Shown here one piece after another: positions 57,501 through 62,923 of a stretch of 62,923 nucleotides of DNA. Origin of the DNA: a virus (lineage: Duplodnaviria > Caudoviricetes); IMG/VR virus record IMGVR_UViG_3300044626_001587, positions 1 to 62,923 of that record; one strand, written 5' to 3'. The translations under genes and the position numbers were made by a program. The first letter of the stretch is position 1. Every line of letters starts with the position of its first letter. A model generated the notes under the pieces. That model was given only the letters and a program-made list of their open reading frames with translations. It was not told the DNA's origin and ran no database searches.

Positions 57501-59250
57501 GCATATTCCAATTGAACTTGTATTGCCTATATTGCTTTTTTTGTTTAATATCAGGAGGATAAGGTTGAGCAATTAGTGGAATATTATCAACTAACGACCA
57601 CATACTACCATATGTGAATTCAGCACCATTATGGTACATATTGTTGAATTTGTGAAACAATTGTGGATCGTTAACTAGCCAATCATCACCATCGACCAAC
57701 ATGATAATGTCTTGAGAATTGCAATATTCTTTTATTGTATAAACTTGGTTATATACTGCTCCTCTATTTTTATTGTTTGTTATAATTCTTAGTTTATCGT
57801 GTTTGTTTTTTTCAATCACTTGAGCAGTTTGATCTGTGGAACAATCGTTAATGATTATGTGTTCGTAATTTTCATAATCTTGTTGGTAAACTGATTCAAT
57901 ACATTTTTCAATATATTTTTCACTGTTATATGTTGGTGTGATAACAACAATTCGTTGTTGACTGTTTTGTGGCGGTTGTAGTTCTTCCAAATTGTAAAAT
58001 CTTCTTCCAAAGATCTTCCTGCAGTCATGATTGATTTGTTGTACTTTTTTGTATTCTGATAATGGTAGAAATCTTCCTGTCTTGTTATAAAGATGTTGTT
58101 TCCATTGTAAAGCAACAGAATCCCAACCACAAATTTGTTTTACTTGATTGCAAGCATACATTTTTTGTTGATGAAGATACTTTGTACTATGAGCATAACA
58201 GACTGTTTCAACAAACTTTTCTATTTGTTCTGGTTTTTGTAACCATGGAACAGACCAGTTTGGCTCCACTGGATAATTAATTTTATAGGATGCAATGTCT
58301 AAAGCAGTCTCTTCCAACCCTCCAAATCTACAAGTAATGATTGGTACATTGTGAGCAAGAGCTTCTAGTGTTGAGATGCCAAACGTTTCAGGGAATCCGC
58401 AAGGATAAATCATGAAAGAAGCTTGTCTGAGAATTGCTGATATCTCTTGTTGTGAGATAACTCCTAAGAAATCAACATCTGGATGGTCATTAACCATTTG
58501 TCTCCAGTCAAGCTCTTGTTGATCAGGTCCATGATCAGATCTGAACCTATAATAACCTCCAATTACCTTCAACTTTGCATTTGGAATTTTGTCTTTGACT
58601 CTTGGCCAAACATCTTTAACTAAAGGAACCATTCCTTTTGTTACTGATGAGTTGAACACAAACAAATCTGGATCTTTAAGTTTGCAGTCAACCCACCCTG
58701 GATTCATAGCGCCAATACCATTACGGGTTTGAAATATATGGTTTTTTAAAACATCAAAATTACGCCTCCTACCATGATCACAATTTGTGACATAGCTGGT
58801 GTGCCAATCTGTTAATGTGAAGATTTCATTAATTTTTCCTTCCGTAACTAATTGCTCAACAAGTAGGTCACCATCAGAAAATGTGTCATGCATCCAGTAA
58901 ACTTTATAGTTACTGTTTACCTGCATTAATTCAAAATTAACATTTTGATAATCGTGCCGTAGCGGCACTTGTCCTTTTTGACAAAAAGGTGCAACAGATC
59001 TGGATGAGATTACACAATCCCATTGATAATCATTTTCTATTTCTTTTAGAGGTTTGTATACAACACCTTCATAAACACCTGGTCTGCTTTCATCGGAAAA
59101 GCAATCATTGAACACTGTTACAGAAAAACCAAGCTTAACTAGTTGTTTTGTAAGTAAAATTATTGCTGACTCAGACCCTCCAAGACCTCGTTTTGAAAGA
59201 GTGGATCCGTCGTAAGTGAGACCTAATACATCAATAAAGCAAATTTTCAT
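54589..59250 (-). CDS. multidomain glycosyltransferase/methyltransferase (GT4-GT2-GT2-MTase-GT2like-FkbM)
   Basis: GGSE/ETFGISTLEA; ITPTYN..NDCSTD..DGDD; IMPT..NDD; EFGVRHG..FIDT.H; AIPT..DHD..SEDL; DIGS..IKIDCQGAE. Confidence 0.9.
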   Translation of the reverse strand: MKICFIDVLGLTYDGSTLSKRGLGGSESAIILLTKQLVKLGFSVTVFNDCFSDESRPGVYEGVVYKPLKEIENDYQWDCVISSRSVAPFCQKGQVPLRHDYQNVNFELMQVNSNYKVYWMHDTFSDGDLLVEQLVTEGKINEIFTLTDWHTSYVTNCDHGRRRNFDVLKNHIFQTRNGIGAMNPGWVDCKLKDPDLFVFNSSVTKGMVPLVKDVWPRVKDKIPNAKLKVIGGYYRFRSDHGPDQQELDWRQMVNDHPDVDFLGVISQQEISAILRQASFMIYPCGFPETFGISTLEALAHNVPIITCRFGGLEETALDIASYKINYPVEPNWSVPWLQKPEQIEKFVETVCYAHSTKYLHQQKMYACNQVKQICGWDSVALQWKQHLYNKTGRFLPLSEYKKVQQINHDCRKIFGRRFYNLEELQPPQNSQQRIVVITPTYNSEKYIEKCIESVYQQDYENYEHIIINDCSTDQTAQVIEKNKHDKLRIITNNKNRGAVYNQVYTIKEYCNSQDIIMLVDGDDWLVNDPQLFHKFNNMYHNGAEFTYGSMWSLVDNIPLIAQPYPPDIKQKKQYRQYKFNWNMPYTHLRTFRAKYLHRVDDENFMRDGQWMRAGGDNAVFYNTIEQVDPDSVVCCPDVVYYYNDTNPINDYKINSEEQTMNANYVLNNGINTEDGGPKYSVIMPTMWRCWELTETVLTKLQDHPLIDEIIIINNDVERTPTSNWHPKIKMLNQPTNIRVNPAWNLGVEKSRNDLLCIINDDIDFDTHLLNRLRYKITPNNGAFGLITGENHFNHPETTDYSIDFIKWRPGDNIHCFGQLMFMHKQNWVPIIDGLDIYFGDDFIFHNHLKRGLDNYLIYNIQFYSPMSQTCKDLSISGGFYEKEKPVWEKYFSENPLTLMDQHHNDPIVRLYHEQVNTPSDINEHLPKLLELAKQCDSITEFGVRHGRSTTAFISSGIKLTSYDIEETVEARMLFDVAKSLGKPCEYIVDPVKGNSLLVDIDETDLLFIDTIHSYEQLSKELAKHHSKVNKFICVHDTHIFGYEWQPHFEWPVYQHFHNQGTHQKGLLHAIIDFLIKHPEWKIKHHSVINNGLTVLQRSVDRLPTPVVADELPEQNNLKKILVAIPTARYIEPETFKAIYDLECPEGCELHFQYFYGYNVDQVRNLIASWVINGFDYLFAVDHDIVFAPDTLVKMVKHNKPLVTGIYRQRLLEQHIEIYDFNLKRIVYEDLPENSLVEIGGCGMGCCLISKEVFVAIEYPHYKYYSALDHNHTFSEDLDFCRKARLKGFSLFCDTSIVCDHHGQTVYRVEKKNVSSSKPSVVNNEEITKRFIELSEMDLLCNEHKNYLWSLKGRGFEPKVIYDIGSSTLHWAKFAREVWPNSKIILFEAMQEVEMLYKLNGFDQYHLGVLSSYNNNGKTIDFYQNLYHPGGNSYYRENVQYSSTADLLFAPEGSKVKKIASSLDSVVKMRNFPEPDLIKIDCQGAELDILNGMEKVKAGIGCRNIIIEAQNIEYNLGAPNKQEVFEFMDQCGYEMVAKITNLQVDNDYHFRLRS

Positions 59251-59331
59251 ACAATTTTGATTTCATAAATATCGTGATTAAAGACAACTAGATAGTTGCT
59301 AGACTGTGTATATACACTAGAGAGAAGGAAG

Positions 59332-62300
59332 ATGGCCAACAATAAGATTCTTATTAAGCGTACTGCCGTCTCTGGTCGTGTTCCTAATACAACAAGCACA
59401 TCTAACACCCAATATATAGAAGCAGGTGAGCTTGCAATCAACCTGGCTGACAAAAAAGTTTTCACGTCAAACGGCTCAGCTGTATTCGAGGTTGGAGCAA
59501 ACGTTTCACAGTCTTATGTTAATAATTTAACAGTTCAAACTATTTCAGCAAACGGTTCAGTGGGAACTGGAGGTCAAGTTCTTGCATCCGATGGATTCAC
59601 TGTATATTGGACATATAATTTAGGCTACACAGGTTCAATAGGATTCACTGGATCAACTGGCTTCACGGGGTCAACAGGATTCACTGGATCTGAAGGGTTT
59701 ACAGGTTCTAGAGGTTTTACAGGTTCAGAAGGATTCACTGGCTCTAGAGGCTTTACTGGTTCTATTGGATTTACTGGATCGATCGGTTTCACAGGATCAA
59801 TTGGTTTTACTGGATCAATTGGTTTTACGGGTTCTGAAGGTTTTACTGGTTCTAGAGGGTTTACAGGTTCAATTGGTTTTACAGGATCGATTGGTTTTAC
59901 TGGATCAATTGGTTTTACGGGTTCTGAAGGTTTTACTGGGTCAAGAGGGTTCACAGGATCTGAAGGGTTTACTGGATCTAGAGGTTTTACAGGATCAGAG
60001 GGGTTCACTGGATCAGAAGGTTTCACTGGCTCTAGAGGTTTCACAGGATCTGAAGGGTTTACTGGATCTAGAGGCTTTACGGGATCAATTGGTTTCACTG
60101 GTTCAATTGGATTTACAGGGTCGATAGGATTTACAGGATCTATTGGATTTACGGGATCTATTGGTTTTACAGGTTCATGGGGAGGAACAGCCGGTGCTAA
60201 TGTTGATATGGCTGGCTACTCGATTAATAATGCTAATGTAATTAATACTAATGTTTTAAACTCTGGTAATACTACAATCACAGGTTGGGCAAATGTTAGT
60301 GGAGATTTAACAGCTAATACAATAACTTCTCTTGGAAATGTTACAATAGAAGGTGATCTTACAGTTAGTGGTAACACAGTTACAATTGGTGTGACTAATT
60401 TAAAATTAACTGACAATATGATTTATCTTAATGAAGCTGAAGAAGATACTATCACTAGCGCAACATCTAATGGTACAGCCTTCATTTACACAGCAATAAA
60501 TGGGCTTTCTCCTGGAATGATCGTTGATGTTACAGGAGTAACACCTAGTGGATACAATGTCGTAGCTAATGTCGTTACTTTTGCAAACTCATCAACATTT
60601 GCTGTTGCAAATACTAGTTCGCCTGGAGCATACAGTTCTGGAGGGGTAGCTTTTGGTAGAACAGCTATCAACCCTGATTTGGGTTTTGTTGGTGCTTACA
60701 ATGATGGCATTTATAGACATGCTGGTTTGTTTAGAGATGCTACTGATGGATATTTTAAAGTATTTGATCAGTATCAACCTGAACCATCAGGTGCTTTTAT
60801 CAATACAACTGAACCAACATTTAGAATAGCAAACTTTGAAGCAAACAATATTATTGCTAGTAGTGCAAATGTTGGTAATGTTAGTGTTGGTGGTCTCTAT
60901 GCTAATAGTTCTTTTGGTGCTGCTGGCCAAGTACTAGCATCAAATGGTTCTTCAACGTTTTGGACATACAATCTTGGTTATACTGGTTCAATAGGTTTCA
61001 CAGGATCAGAAGGCTTTACAGGGTCAAGAGGCTTTACAGGATCAACAGGATTTACAGGATCCGAAGGCTTTACAGGCTCTAGAGGCTTCACTGGTTCTGA
61101 GGGGTTTACTGGTTCTAGAGGTTTTACAGGGTCAGAGGGCTTCACGGGCTCTAGAGGGTTTACAGGATCAATTGGATTTACAGGGTCCGAAGGCTTTACA
61201 GGTTCTAGAGGCTTCACTGGTTCTGAGGGGTTTACTGGGTCTGAAGGGTTCACTGGCTCTAGAGGGTTTACAGGATCAGAGGGATTCACTGGATCTGAAG
61301 GCTTCACCGGGTCTGAGGGTTATACTGGCTCTAGAGGCTTTACTGGTTCTATAGGTTTCACGGGCTCCATTGGTTTTACTGGGTCAATAGGTTTTACAGG
61401 TTCTATTGGCTTTACAGGATCAATTGGCTTTACAGGCTCTGAAGGCTTTACTGGTTCTAGAGGATTTACTGGGTCAATTGGTTTCACTGGGTCAATTGGT
61501 TTCACTGGTTCAGCTTCAACGCAAGAAGGATACACAGGATCTATTGGATTCACAGGGTCTGAAGGCTTTACTGGTTCTAGAGGGTTTACTGGATCAATTG
61601 GTTTCACAGGGTCAATTGGCTTCACAGGCTCTATTGGTTTCACTGGATCTAGAGGTTTTACTGGGTCTGAGGGTTTTACTGGGTCTGAAGGTTTTACTGG
61701 TTCTAGAGGGTTTACAGGTTCAATTGGTTTTACAGGATCGATTGGATTTACTGGTTCTATTGGTTTTACAGGATCGATTGGATTCACCGGTTCTGCATCA
61801 ACACAAGCTGGCTTCACTGGTTCAATTGGATTTACGGGGTCTATTGGATTCACGGGCTCAATTGGATTCACAGGGTCTGAAGGTTTTACTGGGTCTAGAG
61901 GCTTTACAGGATCTATTGGTTTCACTGGATCAGCTTCAACACAAGCTGGCTTCACAGGTTCTATTGGATTTACTGGGTCTATTGGATTTACTGGGTCTAT
62001 TGGATTTACTGGGTCTATTGGATTTACTGGGTCTATTGGATTTACTGGCTCAGCTTCAACCCAAGCCGGCTTTACTGGTTCAATAGGTTTCACTGGATCA
62101 GCTTCCACTCAAGCTGGCTTTACTGGTTCTAGAGGTTTCACAGGGTCTGAGGGTTTCACTGGTTCTAGAGGTTTTACAGGCTCAATAGGCTTTACTGGTT
62201 CAATTGGTTTTACAGGATCAGCTTCTACTCAAGCCGGCTTTACTGGATCAATTGGATTTACAGGATCTGTAGGATTCACAGGCTCAATTGGTTTTACTGG

Positions 62301-62923
62301 ATCAATTGGATTTACAGGATCTAGAGGGTTCACGGGTTCAATTGGCTTTACAGGTTCGTGGGGTGGAACAGCTGGTGCTAACGTTGACATGGCTGGCTAC
62401 TCAATTAACAATGCAAATGTAATCAACACGAATGTTTTAAACTCTGGTAATACAACAATTACTGGTTGGGCAAACGTTAGTGGAAGTCTTACAGCTAATA
62501 CAATAACTTCACTTGGTAATGTTGTTATCGAAGGTGATTTGACAATTAGTGGTAACACTGTTACTGTGGGCGTTACTAACTTAAAACTAACAGATAACAT
62601 GATCTATTTGAATGAAGCTGAAGAAGATGCTATCACTAATGCAACTTCGAACGGTACTTCTTTCATTTACACAGCTACTAATGGTCTTTCTCCTGGAATG
62701 GTTGTTACGGTTACAGGAGTAACACCTAGTGGATACAATGTCGTAGCTAATGTCGTTACATTTGCAAACTCATCAACATTTGCTGTTGCAAACACATCAT
62801 CACCAGGTACATACGTATCTGGTGGTACTGCTTTTGGTAGATCCGCAACCAATCCTGACTTAGGTGTAGTTGGTGCATATGATGACGGTACGTATAGACA
62901 TGCAGGTATATTCAGAGATGCTA
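59332..62923 (+). CDS. long collagen-like tail fiber (partial, runs off the window)
   Basis: AAGGA RBS; MANNKILIKR...GELAINLAD; no stop seen in the frame where read; GFTGSx repeats; absent from the track presumably because it has no stop. Confidence 0.85.
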   Translation, partial: MANNKILIKRTAVSGRVPNTTSTSNTQYIEAGELAINLADKKVFTSNGSAVFEVGANVSQSYVNNLTVQTISANGSVGTGGQVLASDGFTVYWTYNLGYTGSIGFTGSTGFTGSTGFTGSEGFTGSRGFTGSEGFTGSRGFTGSIGFTGSIGFTGSIGFTGSIGFTGSEGFTGSRGFTGSIGFTGSIGFTGSIGFTGSEGFTGSRGFTGSEGFTGSRGFTGSEGFTGSEGFTGSRGFTGSEGFTGSRGFTGSIGFTGSIGFTGSIGFTGSIGFTGSIGFTGSWGGTAGANVDMAGYSINNANVINTNVLNSGNTTITGWANVSGDLTANTITSLGNVTIEGDLTVSGNTVTIGVTNLKLTDNMIYLNEAEEDTITSATSNGTAFIYTAINGLSPGMIVDVTGVTPSGYNVVANVVTFANSSTFAVANTSSPGAYSSGGVAFGRTAINPDLGFVGAYNDGIYRHAGLFRDATDGYFKVFDQYQPEPSGAFINTTEPTFRIANFEANNIIASSANVGNVSVGGLYANSSFGAAGQVLASNGSSTFWTYNLGYTGSIGFTGSEGFTGSRGFTGSTGFTGSEGFTGSRGFTGSEGFTGSRGFTGSEGFTGSRGFTGSIGFTGSEGFTGSRGFTGSEGFTGSEGFTGSRGFTGSEGFTGSEGFTGSEGYTGSRGFTGSIGFTGSIGFTGSIGFTGSIGFTGSIGFTGSEGFTGSRGFTGSIGFTGSIGFTGSASTQEGYTGSIGFTGSEGFTGSRGFTGSIGFTGSIGFTGSIGFTGSRGFTGSEGFTGSEGFTGSRGFTGSIGFTGSIGFTGSIGFTGSIGFTGSASTQAGFTGSIGFTGSIGFTGSIGFTGSEGFTGSRGFTGSIGFTGSASTQAGFTGSIGFTGSIGFTGSIGFTGSIGFTGSIGFTGSASTQAGFTGSIGFTGSASTQAGFTGSRGFTGSEGFTGSRGFTGSIGFTGSIGFTGSASTQAGFTGSIGFTGSVGFTGSIGFTGSIGFTGSRGFTGSIGFTGSWGGTAGANVDMAGYSINNANVINTNVLNSGNTTITGWANVSGSLTANTITSLGNVVIEGDLTISGNTVTVGVTNLKLTDNMIYLNEAEEDAITNATSNGTSFIYTATNGLSPGMVVTVTGVTPSGYNVVANVVTFANSSTFAVANTSSPGTYVSGGTAFGRSATNPDLGVVGAYDDGTYRHAGIFRDA
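59623..62358 (+). repeat. two blocks of 18-bp GFTGSx codon repeats
   Basis: about 59623-60177 and 60976-62358; each followed by a duplicated globular domain (about 60178-60745 and 62359-end). Confidence 0.9.

Noticed and set aside
59625-62852. PVKP/DPVNP minus-strand ORFs and Leu-rich off-frame plus ORFs
   Set aside because: Shadows of the GFTGSx repeats; the real frame starts at 59332
1-62923. Stop-codon recoding
   Set aside because: Conserved genes are full length under the standard code, with TAA, TAG and TGA all used as stops; no suppressor tRNA

Overview
Segment of a large T4-like myovirus genome, standard genetic code, with no integrase, CRISPR array or rRNA. 1-420: a partial late gene plus phased direct repeats. 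460-5150: early region of tiny genes, many driven by their own sigma70-type promoter. The + strand part is an array of repeated palindrome-hairpin-promoter-ORF cassettes, and two of its ORFs resemble the N-terminal domain of HigA antitoxins. 5160-25500: accessory and metabolic genes (RmlB-like dehydratase, Hsp20, AAA ATPase, two tRNAs plus a tRNA-like RNA, RuvC-like nuclease, SAM decarboxylase, DenV-family glycosylase, GT4, PhoH, exonuclease) and several late genes with T4-style capsid-targeting leaders. 25500-54600: baseplate/tail module (gp29-like, gp51, gp26, gp54, gp4, gp2, gp48, gp53, gp27-like, gp5, M15 peptidase, gp25, gp6, gp7, gp8, VrlC-like, fibers). 54589-end: a 1553-aa glycosyltransferase/methyltransferase polyprotein, head-to-head with a Thr/Ser-rich collagen-like fiber that runs off the window. 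Best candidates for new biology: a virion fiber glycosylation system, the early cassette array with HigA-like antitoxin mimics, and a set of capsid-packaged cargo proteins. All family assignments are by eye from motifs and synteny; no searches were run.
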